Notes: generated by a model from the letters alone, not told the origin. DNA of 64,000 nt from an uncultured Bdellovibrio sp. (GCA_963932905.1 CAWVRN010000023.1:10372-74371), one strand, 5' to 3'; numbered from the stretch's first letter, positions 8,675-19,672 are shown. Numbers and translations: made by a program.

Positions 8675-9190
8675 TTATGCTTCTTTTGATACAAAGTTGC
8701 CAGAGCTTTCTGGGCCGGCTTTGTAGTTTCCTTTTTTCTCGTACGTTTTTTTGCCTGATAATGTTTCTTTAATGTTATTCATCGTTCCGTTTAGTGTATT
8801 AATTGCTTTTTGAGCTAGTTCTTCGTTTTCTTTGTTAATTTCGATAATACGTTTGATTACCATTTCTAACGTGGAATGGAAGTTGTGTAGCTTGTCGCCT
8901 TTTGGGCCGTGCAGACGTTGAGCGATTTCAAGTAGGCGAGGGTTTTCATTGTCCGCACCGATTTTCATGCAAAGCTCTTTAGCGTGCTTAAAACGTAGAG
9001 TGTCTGCTAATTTTACCTTCTGTAAAACGGCGTCCTTCTGGCTATTCACTTCAAGGATGCGTTCTGTGTCTGATTCAATTAGATATTGCTTTTCTTTTCT
9101 AGCAAGCTCTAAAAGCTGGCGATATAAGCCAACTAAGTCATCCAAGTTTTGAATTAATTTATCGTAAGATCTGTCAACTGTCGCATCCAT
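8675..9190 (-). CDS. flgN: flagellar export chaperone FlgN
   Basis: Helical 171-aa protein between flgM and flgK, with an INKENEEL..K motif. Confidence 0.85.
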   Translation of the reverse strand: MDATVDRSYDKLIQNLDDLVGLYRQLLELARKEKQYLIESDTERILEVNSQKDAVLQKVKLADTLRFKHAKELCMKIGADNENPRLLEIAQRLHGPKGDKLHNFHSTLEMVIKRIIEINKENEELAQKAINTLNGTMNNIKETLSGKKTYEKKGNYKAGPESSGNFVSKEA

Positions 9191-9222
9191 GCGATGTTTT
9201 CCTTTTACTGCGGGTTAGTTTT

Positions 9223-9549
9223 TTACATGAAGTTTAATTCGTCGTCGACCATTCTGTCGGCAACGGCTTTAGCATCGACTTTGTATTTTCCGTCTTCGAT
9301 CAATTTACGAAACTTTTCTACTTTCGCTTGATCTACATCGGGAGCCGCCATCGCAAGTTCTTTGATTTTTTTAGCTTCCTGTGCGCGAGCTGAAACAGCA
9401 ACTTTCGAAGCACCAGCGCCACCTTCAGTTGGAGCAAAAAGAGAAACAGCATCCGCTTTTACATCGCCGCCTTGTTTGTCTGTTTTTTCCGCTTTTTTGT
9501 TATCAGTAATGTTTAAATTCTGACCGACTTTATTGTGCGTAATTTTCAT
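9223..9549 (-). CDS. flgM: anti-sigma28 factor FlgM
   Basis: PDVDQAKVEKFRKLIEDGKYKVDAKAVADRM C-terminal motif. Confidence 0.93.
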   Translation of the reverse strand: MKITHNKVGQNLNITDNKKAEKTDKQGGDVKADAVSLFAPTEGGAGASKVAVSARAQEAKKIKELAMAAPDVDQAKVEKFRKLIEDGKYKVDAKAVADRMVDDELNFM

Positions 9550-9693
9550 TTTTTACTCCCAGGAATCTGTCCCAATATAAGTCAGTGTATCATAGTGAAA
9601 CGCAAAACTAAAGAATCCGTTCGTGATTATTAGCCCAGTCTAGTCTCGCTTTTATGGGCTTTGGAAGCCGGACTGGGTATAGGTTTAGGTGAA

Positions 9694-10716
9694 TTAGGGT
9701 CTAATATAAGCGATAGAGGAAAGATTCGCCTTTAGGTCGGCAGCTTTTACCCAGACGTGTCCGGCTACACACTCGACATTTTTGTTGTAACGGGGAATGG
9801 TTTTTCCCGCCTCATCCTCAATTTCGCAATCGGGTCCCCATGAATTGCGAATTTTATAGTAACATTGTCCAGCTCTCATTTCGCGGCCAACAATGACAGA
9901 CGCGTGGTTGTCTTTATCCTTTAAATCTTTGCTGATTAATTTTATTTGATAGTCGACACCAACCACATTTTCTTTGCTGATTTGCCGATCGATTAATTCT
10001 AACAAATCAGGTTTGTGATTCACTCGGACTTTTAAAACATCGTCGTAATAGTCCGTGTCGGAATCAAAATAACGACCGACGTCTTCTTTTTTTATCGACA
10101 TAGTCATTTGATCTTTGAAGGGCTTACAAACTTCTTTTGCGATTTCAACGACGGCCAAATTGATATCCAGGCGCAGGGCATTCTCTAGAGCCTCATCGGA
10201 AATACGGGAAATGATCGACTGCTTTTGCTGAAGGGCGTAGATGTAATCACGATATTCTTTCCAGCTTTCTGAGGAATTTAGACGTTTATCGAAAAGCGAT
10301 TTTAATTTTTCCGCAAGATGTAGTTTTTGTTTAATTTGCAAATTGAATCCACCCAAAACAAACGCATTGTCTAGCTGACGGGGGCAGGAATAAGCAAACT
10401 CAGCGGCGTAATTAATAGCGGCCCGTATATCACCACCTTCTGTGAAGATATACGAACCCGCTTCCGAGCTATTCATTTTATAATTGTAACCAAGAGCAAT
10501 AAAAATGGCCGAAGCTTGAACTCCGTTCCATTTGTTTCTGAATTTATACGAAATTAAATCCGCAGCTGTGTTCGCGTAACACCAGCCTATATTACCTTGC
10601 GATCGAACCGCGCCTAGTTCGGCACTCATATCTTTGGGCGAGCAGTCGCCGGCCATCGCTAATGGAGCAATCAAAGACAACGATAGAACGACCAGAGATA
10701 GGTTCTTTAGAATCAT
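9694..10716 (-). CDS. secreted papain-like (C1) cysteine peptidase
   Basis: Signal peptide; QGNIGWCYA (Gln, Cys), NHASVIVG (His), IRNSWG (Asn). Confidence 0.85.
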   Translation of the reverse strand: MILKNLSLVVLSLSLIAPLAMAGDCSPKDMSAELGAVRSQGNIGWCYANTAADLISYKFRNKWNGVQASAIFIALGYNYKMNSSEAGSYIFTEGGDIRAAINYAAEFAYSCPRQLDNAFVLGGFNLQIKQKLHLAEKLKSLFDKRLNSSESWKEYRDYIYALQQKQSIISRISDEALENALRLDINLAVVEIAKEVCKPFKDQMTMSIKKEDVGRYFDSDTDYYDDVLKVRVNHKPDLLELIDRQISKENVVGVDYQIKLISKDLKDKDNHASVIVGREMRAGQCYYKIRNSWGPDCEIEDEAGKTIPRYNKNVECVAGHVWVKAADLKANLSSIAYIRP

Positions 10717-10818
10717 ATCGTTCTATAACCAGCAAACGGTAGTCCCGGTGGCTGCCGTTTACCAGGTCTTTAGAATGTCGATAAGCTAAACAGTTGCCCT
10801 TTTAGGCTGTTACTATTT

Positions 10819-12063
10819 TTAGGATGCATTTGCGGGCAAACTAAAGAAGAAGGTGGCCCCTTCAGAAGGACGTCCTTCAGCGCTGCATTTACCACCGTGG
10901 ACTTCGACAATTTTAGCTACGGATGCTAAACCTAATCCAGTTCCCGCAAAGTCCTCACGACTATGCAATCGATTCAGTGGCTGAAATAGTTTTGTTGCTT
11001 GTGCGGGTTCAAAACCATCGCCGTTATCGCGAACATAGAATGTATTAAATTTTGATTCGTTTTTATACAGTCCAACATCAATTTTCGTTTTTGGTTTTCT
11101 GGACGAATACTTGATGGCGTTAGAGAGCAGGTTACTCAAAACTACGCGCACCAGTGGTGCATCGGCGTAGGCTTTTAAATGCGGTTCGACACTGAACTCG
11201 AAAGTTCGATTATGTAGTTCAGGTTTTAGTACATTAAACAATTCATGAGTAATTTGAGTAATGTTCAATTCTTGCTTTGTGATCGCGCCGCTGTTGGCTC
11301 GATATAACATTAACATACGTTCGATCTGAGCTGCCGTCTGACGGCCAGTATTCATGATTGCGTAGAGATAGTCGTAAGAATCTTTGTCAATTTTGTCAGC
11401 CAGGCGAATACGTAGTAGTTCGGCCATGCCGGTCATTCCCGCCACAGGAGTGCGCAAATCGTGGGCCATGGCATTGATTGCCACTTCTAATTCATTGTTG
11501 CGATGCTGAAGACCAGTCGTCGCAGAATTTTGCTTTGTTAGAACAATTTTAAGTTCTAAGTTTTCTAAAGCAATAGCTGTACTGTTTGCCAAGATTTGTA
11601 GTGATTTAATTTCATCTTCGGTCGGGATGTAAGATTCAGACCAATAGTTACCGATGGCGCCGATTGGATTTTCTTTGCGGATAGGAATCATGCACAAGCT
11701 TTTCACAAATGTCGGACGATAGGCATCATGAGGAATTCGATTATCTAAATAAATGTCGGGAATTAAAACGGCCTCCTGGTGAATCATGCTCCAGCCGCTA
11801 ATACAGTCGACCATTGGAAATCGTTTGCCCTTCCAAAGTGGCGAAATGGAGTGTTCATCGGCGTAATAACAAAGGTCACCATCGCGAAGAACGAACGTTG
11901 ACCCTTGTGATCCCGACAGCTGTCGTGCTGTTTCGGCGGCAATAGCCGTGATGTCGCGTAAATCCTTGGCCCGCGAGAGGCGTTCAAACGACGTAGTTAA
12001 AATTTTAGACGAGTCTCTTTTTGCGAAAGTCGAAAATATTCCCATAGTAATATAGAAAAACAT
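10819..12063 (-). CDS. GAF-domain sensor histidine kinase
   Basis: N-terminal GAF; AHDLRTP H-box; NLLSNAIKY, DNGDGF, GTGLGL. Confidence 0.93.
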   Translation of the reverse strand: MFFYITMGIFSTFAKRDSSKILTTSFERLSRAKDLRDITAIAAETARQLSGSQGSTFVLRDGDLCYYADEHSISPLWKGKRFPMVDCISGWSMIHQEAVLIPDIYLDNRIPHDAYRPTFVKSLCMIPIRKENPIGAIGNYWSESYIPTEDEIKSLQILANSTAIALENLELKIVLTKQNSATTGLQHRNNELEVAINAMAHDLRTPVAGMTGMAELLRIRLADKIDKDSYDYLYAIMNTGRQTAAQIERMLMLYRANSGAITKQELNITQITHELFNVLKPELHNRTFEFSVEPHLKAYADAPLVRVVLSNLLSNAIKYSSRKPKTKIDVGLYKNESKFNTFYVRDNGDGFEPAQATKLFQPLNRLHSREDFAGTGLGLASVAKIVEVHGGKCSAEGRPSEGATFFFSLPANAS

Positions 12064-12174
12064 CTCCGTGAATTTTTCAATTCAAGATTTGTCTGATTTC
12101 ACTATAGGACACATTTTCGAGATAAAAAAAAATTGTTTTAGGTCTAGCTTCTGTACTAAATCTAACTAGGTGAT

Positions 12175-15100
12175 CTAGGACTTTAGAGCATATTTAACGA
12201 TCACCCGAGCCAACTCCCCAGCGTCAATGGGTTTTGGGCAATGGGCTTGAAAACCTGCGTCGATAGCTTGCTGAACATCCGCTTCGGTGGCGTAGGCGGT
12301 CAATGCCAATGCGGGTACATTGCGTATATGCAGTTGGTTGGAAAGACGAATTTCTTTAATTAACGAGTAGCCGTCCATTTCAGGCATTGCGATATCACTC
12401 AGTAGGATATCGGGATTAAATGTGGCTATTTGCTTTAAGGTTTCCCTAGCTGAATCCGTTGAAAGCACTTCCGCCCCAAAAGATTTTAGATAAATAGCAA
12501 GAGCCTCGCGAGTCGATTCGTCATCATCAACGACTAGTATTTTGTAGCCTTCTAAAGATGGGGCTTCTTTTTTATCTTGTCCAAGATTTTCGTTATTGAT
12601 TCTAGTATCTGCTACCGTAAAACTGGTAATGGCAACTTTAGCTGGAACTACAGGAAAGGTAACCGTGAAAATGGCGCCAGTACCGGTCTTTGAGTTTTCC
12701 GCAGTTACGACACCGCCTTGCAATTCAACCAAACTGGCTACAATAGATAAACCTAAGCCAAGACCACCATGAATTCGTGTTGACGTACTGTCGGCTTGGC
12801 TAAATCGATTGAAGATATGAGGAATAAATTCTTCAGGAATGCCTTTCCCACAATCGGTGACTTTAATTCTTGCCAATCGTCGATTGGACTCTTGAAAATA
12901 ATCAAAAGCTACTTCTATTTCCGACTGTTTTGGCGCGAATTTGATCGCGTTTGAAAGTAAGTTCCAAATTATTTGTTGAATACGGATAGCGTTGGCTAAG
13001 ACCATTCCACATTCATCGGTAATTTTCTGAGTAATAGTAATGGATTTTTTATCAGATAGTGCACTTACAGATTCTATGGCTAGAGGTATTACGTTTTTTA
13101 TATCGATTTCTGTGATTTCAATAGCTAGTTTGCCAGCAGTAATTCTAGAGATGTCCAGTAAATCATCAATAAGTTGACTTTGAGCCTTTGCGCTCTGCTC
13201 TATTACACTGGCACCGATTTTTGCTTTCTCGTAGTCCACTTTTCCGTGCCGAATGAGTTGTGACCAGGTCATTATGGAAGAAAGCGGTGTCCTTAGTTCA
13301 TGCGATAGTGTGGCTAAGAAAAGATCTTTAGCCCGGTTAGCCTTTTCAGCTTCTTTTCTTGCGCCTTGCTCACTAAGAAGCAAGCTATTTCTATCTTGCT
13401 CTGTCTGTCGCCGTGAAGTTACATCCCGAATGACCGCTATTATTAGCTGACCTCGGGATATTTTTACTGGGCTAAGCGAAACTTCGATAGGAAACGTAGA
13501 TCCATTTTTTCTTTGTCCCAATAGATCTACTTTTTCAGACATATGAGTAGGTACCGGTTTTTGAATATACTCTTTTTGTAAGTTTGCGTGAGCTGCTCGC
13601 GCTTCCTCGGGAACTAACATCTCGACTTTTTCTCCGATCAGCTCTCTACGGCGATAACCAAAAAACTTTTCTGTTTGCGCATTGACGACTTTGATTTTAC
13701 CTTTCTCGTCTACTGCCACAATCGCATCGTGAGCGGATTCTAACAGAGTACGATAGGTTTCTTCCGATTCTTCTAACTTAATTTCGATTTGCTTTCGTTC
13801 TGTAATTTCAAAAAAAGCCACGACTACTGATTCAGGTTCTGGGTCCGGCAGTTCACCCCAATGAATATGTCTTGCACTAACCAAAAATGTCCTTCGACCA
13901 AATCCTGGGAAATCGCCAGATACTTCGATATCTTGAAATGACTTTTCGAAATCTAATGCATTCTCTAGATGCGCATTCAATTCTGAATCATGCATCACCT
14001 TACTCACTAGGTCGCTTAGTAAAGTCCCTTCCTTTTCAGCGGCAGATATATCGAATATCTCACAAAAAAGTTGATTCACTGATCGAATCCTTAGGCCCCG
14101 ATCTATAATGACTGATGGGATTTTAAGAGCATCGGCGACAGAGGTTGCATTACTCAAAGCCCCTTTTAGGCGACTCAAGGCTTTCATCAGAACTTCGATG
14201 TCTACGAATGTTAGAACAGCTCCATCAATTTTATTGTCTGTAGTTTTATACGGACGAATTTTCAATCGATACCAATGACCTCGGTGATCTTGAACTTCGA
14301 TTTCTTTAATTTTTAAATTATCGATAACATTGGCGACCAAAGTTTCCAAATTGGGTAAGCGCAGGTTAGATCGGATATCGCTTATTGATCTGCCGACATC
14401 AGTTACAATCAAATTCAATATTTTAGTTGCGGCCGGTGTAAAACGCCGAATTTTCAATTCTGCACTGACGATGATGATGGGAATTTCAATACTACTTAGT
14501 AGATTAACCAAATCATTATTTAAATCACCAAGCTCATTGTTTCTGATCTGCAATTCGTCGTTAACAGTTGTAAGTTCCTCATTGGTAGACTGCAGTTCCT
14601 CTTTCGCAGTTTCTAATTCCTCGTTAGCACTTTGTAGTTCCTCATTTGCGGATTGTAGATCTTCGTTAGCTGAGGCCGCTTCTTCCTGAGCGATTTGATG
14701 ATCTAAACTTAATGCTTGCTGATACTCTTTGCTGCTGGCGATTTTGTATTCTAATTGTCGAATTCTTTGGTCCACTTTGCCTTGTGGCTCAGTGGGTTTT
14801 TGAATTGTGTTCGGCGCGTTGGGGTTTAAGATTTTCTCAAAAAGGATCAGGTACTGTCGGTTGATTACTGGTGCTAAAGGATTAAGAGGGATGGCTTCAA
14901 TATTTAGATACTCTTCTCCGTTGCCATCTCCAATTGCGACATTTTCTTTCCTGAAAGATGACAATTGCGCTTTAACTATTTGAATAATATTTCTAATTTC
15001 AGAACCAAGATCTGGATGCGCCATTTTCAGTAACTGGTGGCTTGCTGTTCCGCCCTGTTGTTCTAAATAGGGTGCTGTACGACCTCGAAAACTTACAATT

Positions 15101-16710
15101 TCTAAATTTTCATTTATTATTACACCACTTGGTCCGTATTTTATTGCAACAATTCGATCTGCTTCTTTGTGAATGTCAAAAGTGGATTTAAAAGTAGAAA
15201 TTGGTTTTGGGGGGAAGCTTTTTTCAGAACTATAGCGACCAATGGGATAATGCAGTTTAGGCACATCAGAATGAGTGGTTGTTTTCGTAAAAATTTTATA
15301 ATCTTTGTCTATCTGACGAAATAAATTAGTGAATCCGCCTACATTTTCCGATTGCCCTAAAAATAAATAGCCTCCAGGAATTAGGGCGTAGTGCAGAATG
15401 GGAAAGATTCTTTTTTGCAAATTGGCGTTAAAGTAAATAAGTAAATTGCGGCAGGAAATAAGGTCCAGTTTCGCAAACGGAGGATCAGACATTAGATCAT
15501 GAACGGAAAATAGACATAAATCACGAATCGATTTGACAACTTTAAAACCTTCCGAACACTCTGTAAAATAGCGATTCTTTAGTGTCGGGGGAATGGATTT
15601 CATATCAGATTCTGAATATATTCCCAATCGCGCTTTCTGAATCGCAATATCGCTTATATCCGAAGCGAATATCTGTATAGAGTGAGCTAGTGAATGTTCA
15701 TGGATGTAGTCGGAAATTAAAATCGCAATCGAATAAGCCTCTTCTCCCGTAGAGCATCCCGCCACCCAAATTCGAATTGGATTTTCTTGCTGTATTCTTT
15801 TGGTAATAATCGGAAGTATTTTCTTCTTTAGTAGATTGAACTCTTTTTTGTCTCTAAAGAAACCAGTGACATGAATAGGGATCTCAAAAAATAATTTTGT
15901 TACTTCTTCAGGATTGTTTTTTAGAAAATCAGCGTACTCTTTTTCTGATGACTGCTTAAGTACAGACATCCTCCGTGCAATCCTTCGTATTAGATTAGTT
16001 TTCTTGTATTCAGAGAAGTCCACTTTTTTATGACGCCATAAAAGTGCTAGGATTTGGTCAATCGGTTCTGAGAGTCTGATTTGGTCGCTTGCTAATTCAG
16101 AGTTGGGCAGAATCGGTGCCTGCCGAGGTCCTAATTTTTTTGGCTTTTTAGCCGTTTTTGCTAGTTCGTTTGCGATCGACTGAAGATTCAATATGTGATT
16201 CGCAACATTCGCATCGACAGCGCTTTGAGGCATGCTGGGAAATTTTGCGGTGGATGGAACTTGTACCATCGTAATACCCCCGACTGCCTTTATCGCGCGA
16301 AGACCTTCTGTGCCATCGGAAGCCATGCCGGATAAAATAACGCCGATGGCATTCCGGCCAGAATACTTAGCTAGCGATTGAAAAAAGGCATCGACTGGCA
16401 TATGGGGATGCTTTGATGAACCTCTGGGAGTTAGTTTCAAAACCCCGGACTGAATCGAGATATCGAAATTTGGAGGAATTGTGTAAACGCAATTTGGTTT
16501 TACCCTTGTGTTTTGACGAGTTTCAAAAACTGGCATTTGCGTTTCACGATTTAGAATCTCGGTCGCCATACTTGGGTGAGTAGGGTCTAAATGCTGCACA
16601 AAAACAAAAGAAAAACCCGTATCAATAGGTAAAGCATTTAGTAATTGTACAAAGCTTTCAAGTCCGCCGGCAGAAGCGCCGATTCCAACGACCTGGATTG
16701 AATCTGGCAT
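12175..16710 (-). CDS. CheB-CheR-PAS hybrid histidine kinase/receiver
   Basis: GASAGG/VQHL/GMASDG (CheB), WVAGCSTGEEAYS and SCRNLLIY (CheR), EELQS coiled coil, PAS domains, SHELRTP, C-terminal REC. Confidence 0.95.
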   Translation of the reverse strand: MPDSIQVVGIGASAGGLESFVQLLNALPIDTGFSFVFVQHLDPTHPSMATEILNRETQMPVFETRQNTRVKPNCVYTIPPNFDISIQSGVLKLTPRGSSKHPHMPVDAFFQSLAKYSGRNAIGVILSGMASDGTEGLRAIKAVGGITMVQVPSTAKFPSMPQSAVDANVANHILNLQSIANELAKTAKKPKKLGPRQAPILPNSELASDQIRLSEPIDQILALLWRHKKVDFSEYKKTNLIRRIARRMSVLKQSSEKEYADFLKNNPEEVTKLFFEIPIHVTGFFRDKKEFNLLKKKILPIITKRIQQENPIRIWVAGCSTGEEAYSIAILISDYIHEHSLAHSIQIFASDISDIAIQKARLGIYSESDMKSIPPTLKNRYFTECSEGFKVVKSIRDLCLFSVHDLMSDPPFAKLDLISCRNLLIYFNANLQKRIFPILHYALIPGGYLFLGQSENVGGFTNLFRQIDKDYKIFTKTTTHSDVPKLHYPIGRYSSEKSFPPKPISTFKSTFDIHKEADRIVAIKYGPSGVIINENLEIVSFRGRTAPYLEQQGGTASHQLLKMAHPDLGSEIRNIIQIVKAQLSSFRKENVAIGDGNGEEYLNIEAIPLNPLAPVINRQYLILFEKILNPNAPNTIQKPTEPQGKVDQRIRQLEYKIASSKEYQQALSLDHQIAQEEAASANEDLQSANEELQSANEELETAKEELQSTNEELTTVNDELQIRNNELGDLNNDLVNLLSSIEIPIIIVSAELKIRRFTPAATKILNLIVTDVGRSISDIRSNLRLPNLETLVANVIDNLKIKEIEVQDHRGHWYRLKIRPYKTTDNKIDGAVLTFVDIEVLMKALSRLKGALSNATSVADALKIPSVIIDRGLRIRSVNQLFCEIFDISAAEKEGTLLSDLVSKVMHDSELNAHLENALDFEKSFQDIEVSGDFPGFGRRTFLVSARHIHWGELPDPEPESVVVAFFEITERKQIEIKLEESEETYRTLLESAHDAIVAVDEKGKIKVVNAQTEKFFGYRRRELIGEKVEMLVPEEARAAHANLQKEYIQKPVPTHMSEKVDLLGQRKNGSTFPIEVSLSPVKISRGQLIIAVIRDVTSRRQTEQDRNSLLLSEQGARKEAEKANRAKDLFLATLSHELRTPLSSIMTWSQLIRHGKVDYEKAKIGASVIEQSAKAQSQLIDDLLDISRITAGKLAIEITEIDIKNVIPLAIESVSALSDKKSITITQKITDECGMVLANAIRIQQIIWNLLSNAIKFAPKQSEIEVAFDYFQESNRRLARIKVTDCGKGIPEEFIPHIFNRFSQADSTSTRIHGGLGLGLSIVASLVELQGGVVTAENSKTGTGAIFTVTFPVVPAKVAITSFTVADTRINNENLGQDKKEAPSLEGYKILVVDDDESTREALAIYLKSFGAEVLSTDSARETLKQIATFNPDILLSDIAMPEMDGYSLIKEIRLSNQLHIRNVPALALTAYATEADVQQAIDAGFQAHCPKPIDAGELARVIVKYALKS

Positions 16711-17133
16711 CTAGTGTAGCATTGGGATGGAGAATCCCATTTCTAGGTAGATCTTTATTTCCGCAATAAATTTTTCTAAGTCATAGGGCTTGTGAATAAA
16801 ACCGACGGCTTTGCTTTCAGGAACTGTGTCGGTACCGGAGAATATGACAACGGGTACCTTTTCAATAATTTTTGGATTTTCATTTTCAAGTTCTTTTAAA
16901 AAATCGATTCCAGTCATATCAGTCAAATTCATATCTAGAAGTATTAAATTTGGTTGTGTAATTTCAGTTAGGATTTCCATAGCTTCATTTCCACTCTGTG
17001 CTGTAAATACAGTATAACCATTTTGTTCTAGTACAACTCGCTGAAGATCCAATACATCTTCACAATCGTCGATAACTAGAATTGATTTTTTTTCGGTGTC
17101 CGTTGAATTTTTTTGGATGGTTCTTTCTTCCAT
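16711..17133 (-). CDS. single-domain response regulator (REC)
   Basis: ILVIDD, LLDMNL, HKP. Confidence 0.9.
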   Translation of the reverse strand: MEERTIQKNSTDTEKKSILVIDDCEDVLDLQRVVLEQNGYTVFTAQSGNEAMEILTEITQPNLILLDMNLTDMTGIDFLKELENENPKIIEKVPVVIFSGTDTVPESKAVGFIHKPYDLEKFIAEIKIYLEMGFSIPMLH

Positions 17134-17514
17134 ATTTGACCCCTTTTTATTGTCCGACTTCTAAAATCAAACGTGTACACGCATATCGTACCTTTATTGA
17201 GGAAATAGCTAGCGTTTTATAAAACTTAACTGTAATTTTACTCACGCTGCTCGTCAGATTTTTTAAAGATTTAGAACAAATAAAGTGAAATAATTAAAAA
17301 ATTGAACAAAGTAATTTAGTTTATGTGTTAGATAGCAGAAAAAATTTAGCCTGCTAAAGATACAAACTATTTTTCCCTGCGGTGACAAACGCCTCTGAAA
17401 CAAAATTATAAACGACTTTTTTAGTTAACACTCTTTCCCTTTAGCGATGCAGTAGTCAAGGGCGTGGGCCCAATATTGCAACCAATATTTCAGTGAGAGA
17501 TTGAGGGGGTAAAA

Positions 17515-17973
17515 ATGTTTAACTTTCTATTTAAGAAAACAGATTCTGAAATTCAGAGAGATGTCATAAACGAGCTCAATTGGGATTTGATGGTGACGGC
17601 CAGACAGTTAAGTGTCCTTGTGCGTAAGGGTATCGTGACATTGCGCGGATGCGTGCCACGCTACATAGAACGATCTCAAATCGGTGAGGCGGCACTTAGG
17701 GTCGTTGGTGTTAAATCAATAGCTAACCAAATCAAAGTGAATGTCTGCTATCTTGATCACCGCAGTGATGAGCAAATAGTGACGGCAGCACTGAAAGCCA
17801 TTCGAGGCAGTTACGTTGTTCCTAAAAATATTCGAGCTACTGCAAAAGAAGGATGGATCACACTGACTGGAAGGGCCGCATGGGATTCTCAGAGCAAAGC
17901 AGCCAAAATAGCGGTGGGGCAAGTCAAAGGTATCTCGGGAATTACCAACGATATTGTCATCGACGCTGTTTAA
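17515..17973 (+). CDS. BON-domain (OsmY-like) protein, two BON domains, possibly truncated
   Basis: KTDSEIQRDV..GIVTLRG..V.GVKSIANQIKV and RSDEQI..GWITLTG..VKGISGITNDI; 3' end overlaps the rarD 3' end. Confidence 0.8.
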   Translation: MFNFLFKKTDSEIQRDVINELNWDLMVTARQLSVLVRKGIVTLRGCVPRYIERSQIGEAALRVVGVKSIANQIKVNVCYLDHRSDEQIVTAALKAIRGSYVVPKNIRATAKEGWITLTGRAAWDSQSKAAKIAVGQVKGISGITNDIVIDAV

Positions 17974-18865
17974 TAATTTTTTTATTTTGTTTGATAAGTT
18001 GAGATATATAGAACGCAACGCCGAGCCAGATACACGAGAACGCGGCAATTTTTTGAATACTAAAGTCCTCCCCATAGATAAAGATCGCTGTCATAAGCTG
18101 CAGGGTTGGAGACAGATATTGAAAAAAACCAATGCTTGAAAATGTTAACTTCTGAGCTGCGTATGAAAAGAAAACAAGCGGTAATCCCGTGGCAACGCCC
18201 CCCAGAATAAAAAGAACCCAGTCACGGCTAGTGTAAAGTGCTAGATGAGAATACGAACTAAAGACAATAAAATAAATTGCTGGCAGTACAAAGAACAAAC
18301 CTTCGATAAAAGAGGAAGTTATCGCAGGCATCACGACGGATTTTTTTACAAATCCATAAATAAAAAATGAAATCGCGAGCCAAAGTGCTAGCCACGGCAC
18401 TTTTGGGGCGTCACCATACATAAGAGACTGACCAAATATCAATAGAAATACACCCAGCCCACAGAACGCCAGTGCCCACCGAGTTCGCATGCTAAGCTGT
18501 TCTTTATAAATAATAGCGCCTGCTACTACGGAAATAAGGGGCGAGATATAGTAAGCTAAACTGGCTTGCAAAATTTGCCCAGAGTTAACCGCATAAATGT
18601 AGGTAAACCAATTTCCGGTAATCATGAACGAGCTTAAAAAGAGTTTACCCCAAAGTTTGCGATCATTTTTTAATTCGGCAAAACTCGAAGATATTTTTTT
18701 CTTAGTAAAAATATTTATTGCCAACATGGCTAAACCGTAAAAAAAGAAAGACCAAACAATTCGATGAAATAGAACTTCCAGAGGAGCAATATGTTGTAGT
18801 TGTTTCCAATAAATGGGAAGTAGGCCCCAAATCAGGTAACACAAAATTAAAAATGTGATTGCCAA
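17957..18865 (-). CDS. rarD: EamA family transporter RarD
   Basis: WGLLPIYWK, HRIVWS, ASLAYYISP, GFFQYLSPT. Confidence 0.93.
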   Translation of the reverse strand: MAITFLILCYLIWGLLPIYWKQLQHIAPLEVLFHRIVWSFFFYGLAMLAINIFTKKKISSSFAELKNDRKLWGKLFLSSFMITGNWFTYIYAVNSGQILQASLAYYISPLISVVAGAIIYKEQLSMRTRWALAFCGLGVFLLIFGQSLMYGDAPKVPWLALWLAISFFIYGFVKKSVVMPAITSSFIEGLFFVLPAIYFIVFSSYSHLALYTSRDWVLFILGGVATGLPLVFFSYAAQKLTFSSIGFFQYLSPTLQLMTAIFIYGEDFSIQKIAAFSCIWLGVAFYISQLIKQNKKIIKQRR

Positions 18866-18871
18866 GAAAGC

Positions 18872-19672
18872 CTACTTATTTTTTACGGTGACGAAACGTT
18901 TTAAGATGCCGTCAACGATCGTCTTATTTCCTGCTACTAAGGACCGGCTATAGGGTGTATGAATTTCATTTTTATAGCTGCGAACAATACCACCGGCTTC
19001 TTCTACCAGGATTTGTCCCGCAGCCACGTCCCATGGACTTAAATTCTTTTCCCAAAAACCGTCAAATACACCCCGTGCGACTTGGCACAGATCATAAGCG
19101 GCGGCGCCGGCACGACGCACACCTCGGCAATCACCAACGATCGAACCAAAATAGCGCAACTGTTCTTCGAGTTCTTGTTTGTCGTCAGGAAAAAAACCGG
19201 TGGCTAATAAGCTTTTGCTGAAGTCTGTATTTTTATTTACGCGAATAGGTTTCCCATTAACGAAAGCGCCCTGGCCACGAACCGCAGTGTATGTTTCATT
19301 TAGCATCGGTACGTCAATAACGCCGACTTGAACTTGTCCCTGCCATTCAAACGCCAAGCTGATGCAAAATATAGGAAATTGGTGCACGTAGTTGGTAGTA
19401 CCGTCCAATGGATCGCAAATCCATTTACCCTGTTGCGATTGTCGATCTTCTTTGTTGGCAAAGTAAGTTTCTTCCCCTAAGAAGAATGTGCCTGGAAATT
19501 TGTCTAGAAGGTAATTCTTAATGACTCGTTCAGATTCTTTGTCGGCTTCGCTGACTAGACCGGCGTGGAATTTATCTTCCACATTTTTAAGTTCGCCAAA
19601 ATAGTTCAATAAAACTTGGCGGCCCAATCGACATGCTTTTATGGATGCGTACAGGATCTGATCAAAGTCCAT
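18872..19672 (-). CDS. suhB: inositol monophosphatase family protein
   Basis: WICDPLDGTTNY, RRAGAAAYDL, WDVAAG. Confidence 0.9.
   Translation of the reverse strand: MDFDQILYASIKACRLGRQVLLNYFGELKNVEDKFHAGLVSEADKESERVIKNYLLDKFPGTFFLGEETYFANKEDRQSQQGKWICDPLDGTTNYVHQFPIFCISLAFEWQGQVQVGVIDVPMLNETYTAVRGQGAFVNGKPIRVNKNTDFSKSLLATGFFPDDKQELEEQLRYFGSIVGDCRGVRRAGAAAYDLCQVARGVFDGFWEKNLSPWDVAAGQILVEEAGGIVRSYKNEIHTPYSRSLVAGNKTIVDGILKRFVTVKNK

Noticed and set aside
14560..14690. 21-bp periodic repeats in the CheB/CheR kinase
   Set aside because: The standard EELQS heptad coiled coil of CheBR hybrids.
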